A stretch of 64,000 nucleotides of DNA, taken from positions 13,616-77,615 of the forward strand of contig JAZQJH010000002.1 in assembly GCA_045541555.1 (NCBI GenBank), read 5' to 3'. This document shows positions 20,104-29,456 of this stretch, piece after piece (within the stretch, counting starts at the first letter, position 1; each line of letters starts with the position of its first letter). The notes beneath the pieces are model-generated. The model saw only the letters and a list, made by a program, of their open reading frames with translations, was not told the DNA's origin and ran no database searches. This DNA is from Eubacteriales bacterium. GTDB taxonomy: Bacteria > Bacillota > Clostridia > Oscillospirales > QAKW01. A program made the position numbers and the translations under genes.

Positions 20104-20817
20104 TCAATCCTTTTTCCATCCGGGCAGATCACTGCGCTGAATGGCACCGAAAAGCCGCTCGGAAAGACCGGGGAACCGCTCCTCTGCCTCTTGGAGCAGG
20201 TCTTTTGTCGCTTGGCGCACCGAAGCATGATCCATGGGGCAGGGGTTTTTGACGATAGGGAGCTCCAGCCGCTCTACGGTATTGGCGATCTGCCGCTCGG
20301 TAAGGTAGATCATCGGGCGGATGGCGCGCACGTCTTTGCGATCCAGATAGGTCACCGGCTGGAAACAGCCGATTCTGCCTTCATAAATTAAGTTCATGGC
20401 CAGTGTTTCTACTGCATCGTCGCGGTGGTGACCCAAAGCAATGGTGCGGCAACCGGCCTCGATGGCGGCATCGTGAATGGAGCCACGCCGCATCTTGGCG
20501 CAAAGGGCGCAGGGGTTGCTTTCCTCACGAACCTGGAAGACCAAGGGGGCAATATCGGTTTTACGTATAATTAAAGGGATCTCCAGGCTTTCACAGACCT
20601 GTTTTAGGGCGGCAACGTCAATATTATCAAATCCGAGATCAATAAAGATGGCGACTAAGCTGAAGTGCGCCGGATGATAGCGCGATAGGTGATGGAGGCC
20701 ATGGAGCATCAGCATGGAATCCTTACCGCCGGATAAGGCAACGGCTATTTTTTCGCCCGGACGGATCATATTAAAATCATCCACCGCCCGGCGGATGTAT
20801 CCCGATATTTGCTGCAT
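20104..20817 (-). CDS. TtcA-family PP-loop ATPase (tRNA thiolation enzyme)
   Basis: PP-loop SGGKDS and Cys motif NPCALCAKMRRG. Confidence 0.75.
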   Translation of the reverse strand: MQQISGYIRRAVDDFNMIRPGEKIAVALSGGKDSMLMLHGLHHLSRYHPAHFSLVAIFIDLGFDNIDVAALKQVCESLEIPLIIRKTDIAPLVFQVREESNPCALCAKMRRGSIHDAAIEAGCRTIALGHHRDDAVETLAMNLIYEGRIGCFQPVTYLDRKDVRAIRPMIYLTERQIANTVERLELPIVKNPCPMDHASVRQATKDLLQEAEERFPGLSERLFGAIQRSDLPGWKKD

Positions 20818-20974
20818 GGTGAATCCTCCTTTGTTTTTAACTTATTCTAATCTTTTTTGCGGTAAAAAGCAAATTATTTTCATAAATAGAAAGTGAGTAA
20901 AACAAAGATAATCGAAGAAAAAAAGAGGTAATAAAAGAAAATAAAGTGCCAATAATATTTTTTGAAAAAAGTGG

Positions 20975-21003
20975 TTGACATTGCTTGCCGGTTGTATTAT
21001 AAT
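20975..21003 (+). promoter_or_regulatory. Consensus sigma-A promoter of rplM-rpsI
   Basis: TTGACA, a 17-nt spacer, then TATAAT. Confidence 0.65.
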
Positions 21004-21045
21004 AACTTGGCATGAAAAAAGAAAAACTAATGGAGGAAGAAAACG

Positions 21046-21474
21046 ATGTCTACTTTTATGAAAAAGCAAGAGCAAGTTACCCGCAAGTGGTACATTGTTG
21101 ATGCTGCAGATAAGCCCCTGGGCCGCGTTTCCACTCAGATCGCTATGATCCTGATGGGTAAGCATCGCCCGGACTACACCCCGCACGTTGACGGCGGTGA
21201 CTGCGTTATCGTCCTGAATGCTGCTAAGGTTGCACTCACCGGTGATAAGCTCAATAAGAAGTACTACCGCTATCATACCGGCCATATCGGCGGTCTGAAG
21301 GAGATCAGCTACAAGCGGCTGATGGAGACCAAGCCCGAGAAGGTTGTGGAATTGGCTGTTAAGGGCATGCTGCCCAAGAATAAGATCGCTGATGCCGCTA
21401 TGACCCGTCTGAGAGTATTCTCCGGCGCTGAGCATAACCTGGGCGCGCAGAAGCCCGAAGTATTTGAGAAGTAA
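21046..21474 (+). CDS. rplM: 50S ribosomal protein L13
   Basis: MSTFMKKQEQVTRKWYIVDAADKPLGRVSTQIAMILMGKHRPDYTPHVD... Confidence 0.95.
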   Translation: MSTFMKKQEQVTRKWYIVDAADKPLGRVSTQIAMILMGKHRPDYTPHVDGGDCVIVLNAAKVALTGDKLNKKYYRYHTGHIGGLKEISYKRLMETKPEKVVELAVKGMLPKNKIADAAMTRLRVFSGAEHNLGAQKPEVFEK

Positions 21475-21489
21475 GGAGGACTGTAAACC

Positions 21490-21888
21490 ATGTATAACAA
21501 TGAAAATTATTTCTATGGCACCGGCAGAAGAAAATCTTCTGTTGCCAGAGTCCGCCTGCTTCCCGGCAGCGGCAATGTAACCATCAACGGCAGAACCATG
21601 GACGAGTATTTCGGCCTGGAGACCCTGCGTATGTTGGTTCGTCAGCCCCTGGAGCTGACCGGCACCATGGGTAAGTATGATGTGATCGTCAATGTTGTCG
21701 GCGGCGGCGTAAGCGGCCAGGCCGGTGCGATCCGTCACGGTATCACCCGTGCCCTGATCGAGTCCGATGAGACCCTCAAGAGCGTTCTGAAGAAGGCCGG
21801 TTTCGTAACCCGCGACCCCAGAATGAAGGAGAGAAAGAAGTACGGTTTGAAGGCTGCACGTCGTGCACCCCAGTTCTCCAAGAGATAA
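21490..21888 (+). CDS. rpsI: 30S ribosomal protein S9
   Basis: [15 protein letters not shown]...[19 protein letters not shown]. Confidence 0.95.
   Translation: MYNNENYFYGTGRRKSSVARVRLLPGSGNVTINGRTMDEYFGLETLRMLVRQPLELTGTMGKYDVIVNVVGGGVSGQAGAIRHGITRALIESDETLKSVLKKAGFVTRDPRMKERKKYGLKAARRAPQFSKR
21855..21884 (+). repeat. Direct repeat copy 1 (last 30 nt of the rpsI coding sequence)
   Basis: tgcacgtcgtgcaccccagttctccaagag is repeated exactly at 22026-22055. Confidence 0.9.
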
Positions 21889-21901
21889 CAGACCATATTT
21901 C

Positions 21902-21934
21902 GAGCACCCGCTTATGTGGGTGCTCTTTTCTTTT
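21902..21934 (+). terminator. Intrinsic terminator after rpsI
   Basis: gagcaccc-gcttatgt-gggtgctc followed by ttttctttt. Confidence 0.75.
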
Positions 21935-21951
21935 ACGACGTGCAGCCTTTT

Positions 21952-21999
21952 GCCATCCCCGAGCGGTTGCCGCGTAAGCGGCGAGCGAGTGGGGGCATC
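21952..21999 (+). repeat. Dispersed short repeat, copy A (conserved arms, variable central hairpin)
   Basis: gccatccccgagcggttgc-[ccgc gtaa gcgg region]-ggcgagcgagtgggggcatc. An inverted copy lies at 57334-57396. Confidence 0.8.
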
Positions 22000-22025
22000 A
22001 GCGATGCAATTCGCCAAGGGCGGAT

Positions 22026-22055
22026 TGCACGTCGTGCACCCCAGTTCTCCAAGAG
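22026..22055 (+). repeat. Direct repeat copy 2 of the rpsI 3' end
   Basis: Exact 30-nt match to 21855-21884. Confidence 0.9.
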
Positions 22056-22182
22056 TTGCGACTGCGACCGCCGCCGGTGGCGGAAAAAGTGAGCAGGTTA
22101 GCAGGTGCAGCGGTCGAAGATTTTGAGCCGTTATGGCGCGAAAATCTTCGGGCACCGCAAACGTGAGAGTTATCAAAATTTC

Positions 22183-22216
22183 GAAAGCACTCACTTCGGT
22201 TGGTGCTTTCTTTTTT
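22183..22216 (+). terminator. Second intrinsic terminator downstream of the rpsI repeat region
   Basis: gaaagcac-tcacttcggttg-gtgctttc followed by tttttt. Confidence 0.6.
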
Positions 22217-22220
22217 AATT

Positions 22221-22257
22221 AAAAATCCCCGAAAACTTGGCGTTTTCGGGGATTTTT
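22221..22257 (-). terminator. Intrinsic terminator of the ICMT-family gene
   Basis: aaaaatccccgaaaac-ttgg-cgttttcggggattttt. Confidence 0.7.
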
Positions 22258-22260
22258 GGA

Positions 22261-22926
22261 TTAATAAATAAACGGGAGCAACTTATATTTGACTTTTTTC
22301 TTATATGCAGAATAGCCGTTGAGGTTTGCTTCGAGCACTTTTTCTTCGTTTTCGATCCGGATGATGATCACGGCAATATACGGCAGGAAGCAAAGGAATG
22401 ACCACCAGGAGTCCAGCACCATGGGAATGGAGAAAAATAGCCACAAGGTTACGGCATACATGGGGTGGCGAACGATTCCGTACAGTCCGGTATCGACCAC
22501 CTTTTGGTTTTCCTGCACTTCAATGGTTCTGGAGAGATAGGAATTCTCTCGCATGACTTCGGCGTAGAGGGCGTATGCAAGGAGCAGGATGACCGAAGCA
22601 ATGACGGTTATAGACGCCGGCATATGAGACCAGGCGAAACGCCAATCAAGCCCGGCAACGACAAAGCCGGCGATAAAAAGCAGTCCGGACATTGCCACGG
22701 CGCCCTTTTGAGTGCGTTCCTCCTCTTTGCTTTTCAGTCTTTTTTCGAGCAAAGCAGGTGCCTTGATAAAGAGAACCGTGCCAAGGATCAGCATGGGGAT
22801 GAATAATAGAGCGATAAAAAGCCAGCCATAGACGAAATGAAAGGTTCCGGCCGGTAAAAAGAGAAGTACTCCCACTAGCACAAGACCCATGACGAACTTT
22901 ATAAGAGCATTGATTAAAAGCTTCAT
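22261..22926 (-). CDS. Isoprenylcysteine carboxyl methyltransferase (ICMT)/phospholipid methyltransferase family membrane protein
   Basis: 221 aa, polytopic, with the C-terminal motif GLYGIVRHPMYAV...IENEEKVL. Confidence 0.7.
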   Translation of the reverse strand: MKLLINALIKFVMGLVLVGVLLFLPAGTFHFVYGWLFIALLFIPMLILGTVLFIKAPALLEKRLKSKEEERTQKGAVAMSGLLFIAGFVVAGLDWRFAWSHMPASITVIASVILLLAYALYAEVMRENSYLSRTIEVQENQKVVDTGLYGIVRHPMYAVTLWLFFSIPMVLDSWWSFLCFLPYIAVIIIRIENEEKVLEANLNGYSAYKKKVKYKLLPFIY

Positions 22927-23160
22927 ATCGCACCTCCATGAAACATTATACCAAAACGCAAAGCGTTTTGGTATAATCGTCCATCATTTTCGGTTGCCTG
23001 CCGTGCAGGCGAGAAAATCGGACATCGAATAATATCCGCAAAATCAGCAATCCATAATTTGTGCAGATATTTCATGCGGATATTATAACATACGAGTAAG
23101 ACTATTACAAATAAAAAACATCTCCGGAAATTAATCCGGAGATGTTTGGATGATGTAAAA

Positions 23161-24222
23161 TTACAGCCACTTCTGGGTAGCCAGGGCGACCAGATAAGTA
23201 AGAACACCGGCCATCAGCGGGGAAGAGACCCAAGCGATGGCGATGTTTTTGAAGACGCCGAAGTTTACACATTTAATGCTCTTGGTAAGGCCGGCACCGA
23301 CAACGGCACCAACGACTGCCTGAGAGGTGGAAACGGGGATCTTCATGAAGTTGCCCAGCAAAACGATGGTGGTAGCCATGGCAATGATGACCAGGAAGCC
23401 TTCGATCTGGGTCAAGGGGGCGATGCTTTCACCTACGGTCATCATAACCTTTTTAGAATAGGTCAGGACGCCCAGCGCAATGGCAAGACCGCCGATGGTA
23501 CAGGTCAATCTTGCGTCGGTCAGCAGGTTGGTCTTGATTCCTTCGACGACCTCGCCGTAGTAAAGGGAGGTAACGTTGGCAGAACTGTTCATACCGATAC
23601 TGAAAGAGGCATAAGCACCCGCGATGAGATAGCCGATTTTGATCATCGAATCATAGCGGGAGAGGGAGGTCAGTTTATTGACCAGGAACTTCTGCGCCAG
23701 CTTGACGATGATGAAAGAGATGATCGCCGCACCCAAGGGGCAAAGCAACCAGGTGGAAGCAAACTTGCCGATCTGCTTCAAGTTACCGCTCATGACTTCA
23801 GGATTGCCGTAATCAGCGTGGAAGATACCCCAACCGATGATCGCACCGGTGATGGACTGGTTCGCAGATACGGGGAACTTCAGATAAGACATCAAAAATA
23901 CCGTTGCACCTGCGCAGGCAAAGATGATAAACGCCTTGATAGCAGAGGTCAGCGCCAGATTGGTGGTGCCGTTTTTGATCAGCTCGGCGGCTTTTTCACC
24001 GGAAGGAATAACGGCGTTATTGATGGCCAGGTCGTTGACGCTTTCCATGTTGCCGGAGCCCATGAGGAAGGCGCCGATCACGATCAGGATCGAAATAATA
24101 ATCGTAGCAGTCCGGTATTTGACGACTCCGGTAGAAACGGCAGTACCAAAAGCGTTTGCGGCATCATTGGTTCCCAGAGACCAGCCCATAAATATACCGG
24201 CGGCCAATAAGAGATAAATCAT
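23161..24222 (-). CDS. Inorganic phosphate transporter, PiT (PHO4) family
   Basis: 353 aa with the PHO4 signature GTNDAANAFGTAVSTG and 10 or more TM helices. Confidence 0.85.
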   Translation of the reverse strand: MIYLLLAAGIFMGWSLGTNDAANAFGTAVSTGVVKYRTATIIISILIVIGAFLMGSGNMESVNDLAINNAVIPSGEKAAELIKNGTTNLALTSAIKAFIIFACAGATVFLMSYLKFPVSANQSITGAIIGWGIFHADYGNPEVMSGNLKQIGKFASTWLLCPLGAAIISFIIVKLAQKFLVNKLTSLSRYDSMIKIGYLIAGAYASFSIGMNSSANVTSLYYGEVVEGIKTNLLTDARLTCTIGGLAIALGVLTYSKKVMMTVGESIAPLTQIEGFLVIIAMATTIVLLGNFMKIPVSTSQAVVGAVVGAGLTKSIKCVNFGVFKNIAIAWVSSPLMAGVLTYLVALATQKWL

Positions 24223-24229
24223 TTTTAAA

Positions 24230-24886
24230 TTAACCCTCTCTCTCTACCAACAAGACCTGAATCTGATCGGAAACATCTTCGATGGTGTCGGAAATGTCGC
24301 AGATCTTCTCCAAGAGATCTTTATAGTAAACCTTTTCGGTCAGAGAGATATCCAGGTCGAAGATGCGCGCATGCAGCATAGTCTCGATGGCGTCAATGCG
24401 GCTTTCTTCCTGGCGGATATCGTCCAGGATCTTTCTGTTCTTATCCAGGGACTTATAGTCGTTGAGCAATTTGTCGATCGCCTTAAAGAGGATCTCCAGC
24501 TGCCCCTCGGTGATAGCAACGATCTTCAAAAGATCGGGGCGCAGGGAAGCGGGAATGTCGATCTTTTCCAGAACGATCTGACGAACAACGTCCTCGCAGG
24601 TGTTGGCAATCTCATCGGTGCTCTGCACCAGTTTGATCAGGGTTTTACGGGTAGAAGGCAGGAAAGAACCGCTCATAGCGTCCACAACGTGGCGCAGCTC
24701 GCGGTCAGCAGCGCCCTCGGCATTCTCGACGCATACCTTGGCAGACTCCAGCTCTTCCTTGGTGGTACTCTCTTTGAAAAGGATCTCGAAGAATGCTTCG
24801 AACTTTTCAAAGCAAAGTGCTACGTCTTCCTGGTGGTCATAGAAATACTTGGAAATGTCTTTGTTTTTTCTCGTAATGCTAAACAT
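24230..24886 (-). CDS. DUF47/PhoU-like protein (PiT-associated regulator)
   Basis: 218-aa helical protein immediately upstream of the PiT gene, which is the usual pairing. Confidence 0.7.
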   Translation of the reverse strand: MFSITRKNKDISKYFYDHQEDVALCFEKFEAFFEILFKESTTKEELESAKVCVENAEGAADRELRHVVDAMSGSFLPSTRKTLIKLVQSTDEIANTCEDVVRQIVLEKIDIPASLRPDLLKIVAITEGQLEILFKAIDKLLNDYKSLDKNRKILDDIRQEESRIDAIETMLHARIFDLDISLTEKVYYKDLLEKICDISDTIEDVSDQIQVLLVEREG

Positions 24887-25078
24887 AAGCCCTCCATATA
24901 AAAAATAGTTTTCGTCTTTATTATAACACCAAAAGAAAAAAAGTCAATCGATCTTTACAAAACTGTAAACGCATAGTTGCAACATTAAAAAATATTAAGA
25001 GTGGCAAAAAACTATAGACGAAATATGAAAAAAACTGTATAATGAAGAAAAAAACTGTAAGAGAGAGGAGGCCCGTTC

Positions 25079-25609
25079 TTGAATAAAAAAGTTTATATTA
25101 TCGTCAGTCAGTCGGGAACGATCCCCTCTCGTCTTTTGAGAAAAATCACCGGTGCGGAATATAATCACGTTTCTCTCAGTCTTCGCCCTGATCTGCAGCG
25201 GATGTATTCCTTTGCCAGGCGGTATAAATATTATCCGTTCTGGAGTGGTTTTGTGGCAGAATCACCGACCGGCGGCGTTTTTGGACGGTTTCCGGATGCT
25301 AAAATTAAGGTTCTTGCGTTGGAAGTGACCGACGAGCAGTATGAATCGCTTTCGACTACCATGGAAGCGATGTTCCGGGATCGTAAACGCTATCATTATG
25401 ATTATTTAGGTGTGGGACTTGCTTATTTCAAGATCCACCGGCGCAGTAAGCGAAATTACTATTGCTCGGAGTTTGTGAAGGCTATGCTGCAGCGGCACGG
25501 AATCCAGGCGGCAGACGCCTTGCCGCACGTCGTACAGCCCATTCATTTTCTCAACATGCCGGGAGCGAAGCTGATTTATTCCGGTGCCCTCAAAGAATAT
25601 GCTATTTAG
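25079..25609 (+). CDS. Putative permuted papain-like (YiiX/YaeF-type) hydrolase
   Basis: 176 aa with YNHVSLS near the N-terminus and a YYCSEFV Cys motif. The assignment is tentative. TTG start. Confidence 0.45.
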   Translation: MNKKVYIIVSQSGTIPSRLLRKITGAEYNHVSLSLRPDLQRMYSFARRYKYYPFWSGFVAESPTGGVFGRFPDAKIKVLALEVTDEQYESLSTTMEAMFRDRKRYHYDYLGVGLAYFKIHRRSKRNYYCSEFVKAMLQRHGIQAADALPHVVQPIHFLNMPGAKLIYSGALKEYAI

Positions 25610-25689
25610 GCAAACCGCCAAACAATTTTATTTCTCTTTTAGTGTTTCGATAAATAATGTACAATTTTAAAAAAACACGATCCTTGTCG

Positions 25690-25719
25690 TTGACAAAATT
25701 GGTGGCTCTATGCTATAAT
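25690..25719 (+). promoter_or_regulatory. Sigma-A promoter of the pur operon
   Basis: TTGACA, an 18-nt spacer including TGc, then TATAAT. Confidence 0.6.
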
Positions 25720-25734
25720 TATAGTGAATTTAAA

Positions 25735-25812
25735 CGGTTCTTTGCGACTGACGGATCATGTGGAGCACCACAAGGAAACAAAGGACTATTTAAGCCGACC
25801 GTCTGGGCGCAC
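25735..25812 (+). ncRNA. ZTP (pfl-motif) riboswitch aptamer
   Basis: The 5' subdomain (gcGACTGACGGatcatgtGGAGCACCACAAGG) and the 3' pseudoknot element (CCGACCGTCTGGGCG) resemble the conserved GACUGGCG...GGA...CCGCCUGGGC pattern. It sits upstream of purine and folate genes, as is typical for ZTP riboswitches. Confidence 0.75.
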
Positions 25813-25842
25813 TTCTCCGTTTAGGAGTCGTGCGCCCTTTTT
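25805..25842 (+). terminator. Expression-platform terminator of the ZTP riboswitch
   Basis: gggcgca...tgcgccc stem followed by ttttt. The 5' arm overlaps the CTGGGCG pseudoknot element, giving a mutually exclusive ON switch. Confidence 0.7.
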
Positions 25843-25859
25843 AATTTCAGGAGGATAAA

Positions 25860-26360
25860 ATGATGAAAAAAGTAGCGGTAATCATGGGAAGTGACAGCGA
25901 TCTGCCTATCGTGCAGAAGGCGCTGGACACCTTGGCGTCCTTTGAGGTTCCTTATGAGGTGCACGTTTATTCGGCTCATAGAACCCCCGTGGAGGCCAGA
26001 GAGTTTACTGTCAATGCCCGTAAAAATGGGTTTGGTGCCATTATTTGTGCTGCCGGGATGGCGGCTCATCTTGCCGGCGCAGTGGCAGCGAATACCACTT
26101 TGCCCGTTATCGGTATTCCCGTACAGTCTAAGCAAAATATCGGCGGCATGGATGCTCTTTTATCTACCGTACAGATGCCTTCCGGAATTCCGGTGGCTAC
26201 GGTAGCCATTGACGGAGCAGTCAATGCCGCTTTGCTGTCTATTCAGATTCTTGCGGTGGAGGATCAGACCCTCGCGGAAAAGCTGGATGCAAAGCGCGCG
26301 GCAGATGCTAACGGGGTATTGGAAAAGGATCGTAAGATCGCGGAGCAATTTAATCAGTAA
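25860..26360 (+). CDS. purE: 5-(carboxyamino)imidazole ribonucleotide mutase PurE (class I-like)
   Basis: [12 protein letters not shown] and [10 protein letters not shown] motifs. Confidence 0.9.
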   Translation: MMKKVAVIMGSDSDLPIVQKALDTLASFEVPYEVHVYSAHRTPVEAREFTVNARKNGFGAIICAAGMAAHLAGAVAANTTLPVIGIPVQSKQNIGGMDALLSTVQMPSGIPVATVAIDGAVNAALLSIQILAVEDQTLAEKLDAKRAADANGVLEKDRKIAEQFNQ

Positions 26361-26369
26361 GGAGGATCC

Positions 26370-27794
26370 ATGGGAGGATTTTTCGGAATCGTTTCAAAAA
26401 ATGAATGTCTGGCCGACGTATTTTTCGGCGTAGACTATCATTCCCATCTGGGAACCCGTCGTGCCGGAATGGCGGCGTATGATCGGGAGATCGGTCTTCA
26501 GCGAAAGATTCATAACATTGAAAATTCGCCGTTTAGAACGAAATTTGAACATATCTTTGAAGAGATGCAGGGTACCTCGGCCATCGGCTGTATCAGTGAT
26601 TCAGAACCCCAACCGCTTTTGATCCGTTCGAAGCTGGGCGCGTTCGCAATCTGTACCATCGGAATCGTCCGGAATGCGGAGGAATTGATCGCGCAGCACG
26701 TTAACCGGGAATTTGGGCATTATGATGCAATGACCGGCGGAAAGGTCAATTCCAATGAGTTGATCGCTTCGCTGATCTGCCATAAAGATAACTTTGCCGA
26801 CGGAATTAAATATGCGCAGGAGATCGTGGATGGTACGGTTTCTATTCTTCTTTTGTGTGACGATGGGAAGGTGATCGCCGGGCGGGACAAGCTGGGTCGG
26901 TTGCCGATGATTATCGGTAAAAATGAAGACGGCTACTGCGTGACCTTCGAGTCCTTTGCGGCGATGAAGCTGGGATTTGAAATCGAAAAGGAACTGGGAC
27001 CCGGCGAGGTGGTCGAACTGACTGCCGAAAAAATGAATTGTCTGGTCTCACCGGAAAAAAAGAAAAAGGTTTGTGCTTTTCTTTGGAGTTATTACGGCTA
27101 TCCCACCTCCAGTTATGAGGGCGTCAACGTGGAACTGATGCGGTATCGCAACGGAGCATTGATGGCAGAGTACGATAAAGAAACCGGGACGGCGCAGGAT
27201 ATCGACTATGTCGTGGGGATGCCGGACTCCGGTACGCCTCATGCCATCGGTTATGCCAACGAAAGCGGAAAGCCCTTCGCGCGTGCTTATATCAAGTATA
27301 CGCCTACCTGGGCAAGAAGCTTTACACCCAACAGACAGCAAGAACGAAACCGTGTGGCGAAGATGAAACAGATTCCGGTCCCCGAATTGATCGACGGTAA
27401 GAAACTGCTGATCGTGGATGATTCGATCGTCCGGGGAACGCAGATCAAGGAAACGGTGGATTTCCTTTATGAAAACGGTGCTAAGGAAGTGCATATGCGT
27501 TCCGCTTGTCCGCCAATTATGTTTCGTTGCAAATATCATAATTTTTCCCGTTCCACTTCGGAGATGGATTTGATCGCGCGTCAGGTGATCATGGAGCTGG
27601 AGGGGGAAGAGGGCTTCCGTCATATTGATGAATATATCGACAATAAAACGGAACGCGGTAAAAATCTGCGTTTGACCCTCAGTAAAAAGTTTGGCTTTGG
27701 TTCTTTGGAGTATCAATCTCTTGAAAATACAATTAAGGCGATTGGGTTGCCGGAGTGTGATCTGTGCACCTATTGCTGGAGCGGAAAGGAATAA
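26370..27794 (+). CDS. purF: Amidophosphoribosyltransferase-like protein (PurF-like, lacks the N-terminal Cys nucleophile)
   Basis: The PRTase motif [13 protein letters not shown] and the position in the pur operon fit PurF. The N-terminus is [10 protein letters not shown] instead of MCG[IV]. Confidence 0.7.
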   Translation: MGGFFGIVSKNECLADVFFGVDYHSHLGTRRAGMAAYDREIGLQRKIHNIENSPFRTKFEHIFEEMQGTSAIGCISDSEPQPLLIRSKLGAFAICTIGIVRNAEELIAQHVNREFGHYDAMTGGKVNSNELIASLICHKDNFADGIKYAQEIVDGTVSILLLCDDGKVIAGRDKLGRLPMIIGKNEDGYCVTFESFAAMKLGFEIEKELGPGEVVELTAEKMNCLVSPEKKKKVCAFLWSYYGYPTSSYEGVNVELMRYRNGALMAEYDKETGTAQDIDYVVGMPDSGTPHAIGYANESGKPFARAYIKYTPTWARSFTPNRQQERNRVAKMKQIPVPELIDGKKLLIVDDSIVRGTQIKETVDFLYENGAKEVHMRSACPPIMFRCKYHNFSRSTSEMDLIARQVIMELEGEEGFRHIDEYIDNKTERGKNLRLTLSKKFGFGSLEYQSLENTIKAIGLPECDLCTYCWSGKE

Positions 27795-27799
27795 GAAAT

Positions 27800-28840
27800 A
27801 TGAATAATTCAAGATCTGAAAGTTATGCAGCAGCCGGTGTGGATATCACCGCAGGCTACAAAGCGGTAGAATTGATGAAAAGCCACGTAAAGCGTACTCA
27901 GACTGCCGGTGCCAATATTGACATTGGCGGCTTTGGCGGTCTTTTTGTGCCGGATATTGCCGGTATGAAAAAGCCGGTTCTGGTCAGCGGTACCGATGGC
28001 GTCGGCACCAAGCTGAAGATGGCGTTTTTGATGGATAAGCACGATACGGTCGGTATCGACTGCGTGGCGATGTGTGTCAACGATGTCATTTGCTGCGGTG
28101 CCAAGCCTCTCTTCTTCCTGGACTATATTGCTTGCGGTAAGAACTATCCCGAAAAGATTGCTGCCATTGTTTCCGGCGTGGCTGAGGGTTGCGTCCAGAG
28201 CGGTGCTGCCCTCATCGGCGGTGAGACCGCCGAGATGCCCGGCTTCTATCCGGTGGATGAATATGATCTTGCCGGCTTTGCCGTGGGTATCGTGGACGAG
28301 GAAAAGGTGCTGGATAATAAGTCCATGAAGCCCGGCGACGTGGTGATCGCCCTGCCCTCCAGCGGTGTTCATTCCAATGGTTTTTCCTTGGTTCGTAAGG
28401 TTTTTGACGTAGAGAAGGCGGATATTAAGAGCCCTGTCGCTGAATTGGGAGGTAAGTCCATCGGTGAGACGCTTCTGACTCCCACCAAGATCTATGTAAA
28501 GCCCATGGTAGCACTCTTTGAGCAGGTGAAGGTCAAGGGTGTCTCTCATATCACCGGCGGCGGTTTCTATGAGAATATCCCCAGAAGTATCCCCGACGGT
28601 CTGGGCGCAAAGATCGATAAGAGCGCGGTACGCGTTCTGCCGATCTTTGAGTTGCTGGCCAAGGTGGGCAATATTCCCGAGCGTGATATGTACAATACCT
28701 TTAACATGGGTGTCGGTATGAGCGTTGTGGTGGCACCCGAGGATGCCGATCGTGCGATCGAGATCCTCAAAGCCAATGGCGAGGATGCTTATGTCATCGG
28801 TTCCATCGTAGAGTCCGATGAAAAGATGATTTTGGTATAA
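27800..28840 (+). CDS. purM: Phosphoribosylformylglycinamidine cyclo-ligase (AIR synthetase)
   Basis: SYAAAGVDI...GTDGVGTKL...[11 protein letters not shown] prefer the ATG at 27800. Confidence 0.9.
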   Translation: MNNSRSESYAAAGVDITAGYKAVELMKSHVKRTQTAGANIDIGGFGGLFVPDIAGMKKPVLVSGTDGVGTKLKMAFLMDKHDTVGIDCVAMCVNDVICCGAKPLFFLDYIACGKNYPEKIAAIVSGVAEGCVQSGAALIGGETAEMPGFYPVDEYDLAGFAVGIVDEEKVLDNKSMKPGDVVIALPSSGVHSNGFSLVRKVFDVEKADIKSPVAELGGKSIGETLLTPTKIYVKPMVALFEQVKVKGVSHITGGGFYENIPRSIPDGLGAKIDKSAVRVLPIFELLAKVGNIPERDMYNTFNMGVGMSVVVAPEDADRAIEILKANGEDAYVIGSIVESDEKMILV

Positions 28841-28844
28841 GCCT

Positions 28845-29456
28845 ATGAGTAAGACGAAGATCGCCGTGCTGGTTTCCGGCGGCGGCACCAATCTCCAGGC
28901 GTTGATCGATAGCGTGGGCACCGTGCTGAATAGCGGTGAGCTGGCGCTGGTTCTTTCCGGTAACCGCAATGCCTATGCCCTTGAGCGGGCGGCTAAGGCC
29001 GGGATCCCTACCGAAATCGTGGTGAAAAAGGAATGTGCCGATCAGGCGGATTTTGAAAAGAAGATCATTGCGGCTTTGGAAAAGCATGGGATCCAGCTGA
29101 TCGTTTTGGCGGGATTTATGAATATCCTCAGTGCCGATTTTACCGATCGGTATCCGGAGCGGATCATCAACGTTCATCCCTCCTTGATCCCCTCGTTCTG
29201 CGGAAAAGGCTTTTACGGTCTTCGGGTGCATGAGGCGGCGCTGGAATACGGCGTGAAGGTTACCGGTGCTACGGTGCATTTTGTGAATGAAATTCCGGAC
29301 GGCGGACGGATCCTTGCCCAAAAGGCGGTAGAGATCCGAGAGGGGGATACCCCGGAAGTCCTTCAAAAAAGAGTGATGGAGCAGGCGGAATGGATCCTGC
29401 TTCCCCAAGCGGTGGAAAAGGTATCTGCCGCCATCATGAAAGGAGAAACAGTATGA
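28845..29456 (+). CDS. purN: Phosphoribosylglycinamide formyltransferase
   Basis: IAVLVSGGGTNLQALID...NVHPSLIPSFCG. Confidence 0.9.
   Translation: MSKTKIAVLVSGGGTNLQALIDSVGTVLNSGELALVLSGNRNAYALERAAKAGIPTEIVVKKECADQADFEKKIIAALEKHGIQLIVLAGFMNILSADFTDRYPERIINVHPSLIPSFCGKGFYGLRVHEAALEYGVKVTGATVHFVNEIPDGGRILAQKAVEIREGDTPEVLQKRVMEQAEWILLPQAVEKVSAAIMKGETV

Noticed and set aside
17539-20391. 950-aa plus-strand ORF.
   Set aside because: It is fully antisense to valS and the ttcA-like gene. Its Gly/Leu/Asp/Val-rich composition is typical of a stop-free antisense frame in GC-rich coding DNA. It has no RBS or recognisable domains.
20041-20975. A T-box leader for valS.
   Set aside because: The valS upstream gap is only 63 nt. 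The region upstream of the ttcA-like gene has no T-box sequence (AATTAGGGTGGTACCGCG-like) and no specifier hairpin that I could see.
20842-22194. 450-aa minus-strand ORF.
   Set aside because: It is antisense to rplM-rpsI and the downstream repeat region. Both ribosomal protein genes are unambiguous on the plus strand.
23146-24210. 354-aa plus-strand ORF.
   Set aside because: It is antisense to the PiT transporter gene. Its Gly/Asp/Arg-rich low-complexity sequence is not credible as a protein.
25735-25812. A guanine/adenine (purine) riboswitch upstream of purE.
   Set aside because: The conserved purine-riboswitch loops and junction (TATAAT...GTTTCTACC...ACTA type) are absent. The sequence fits the ZTP/pfl pattern instead.
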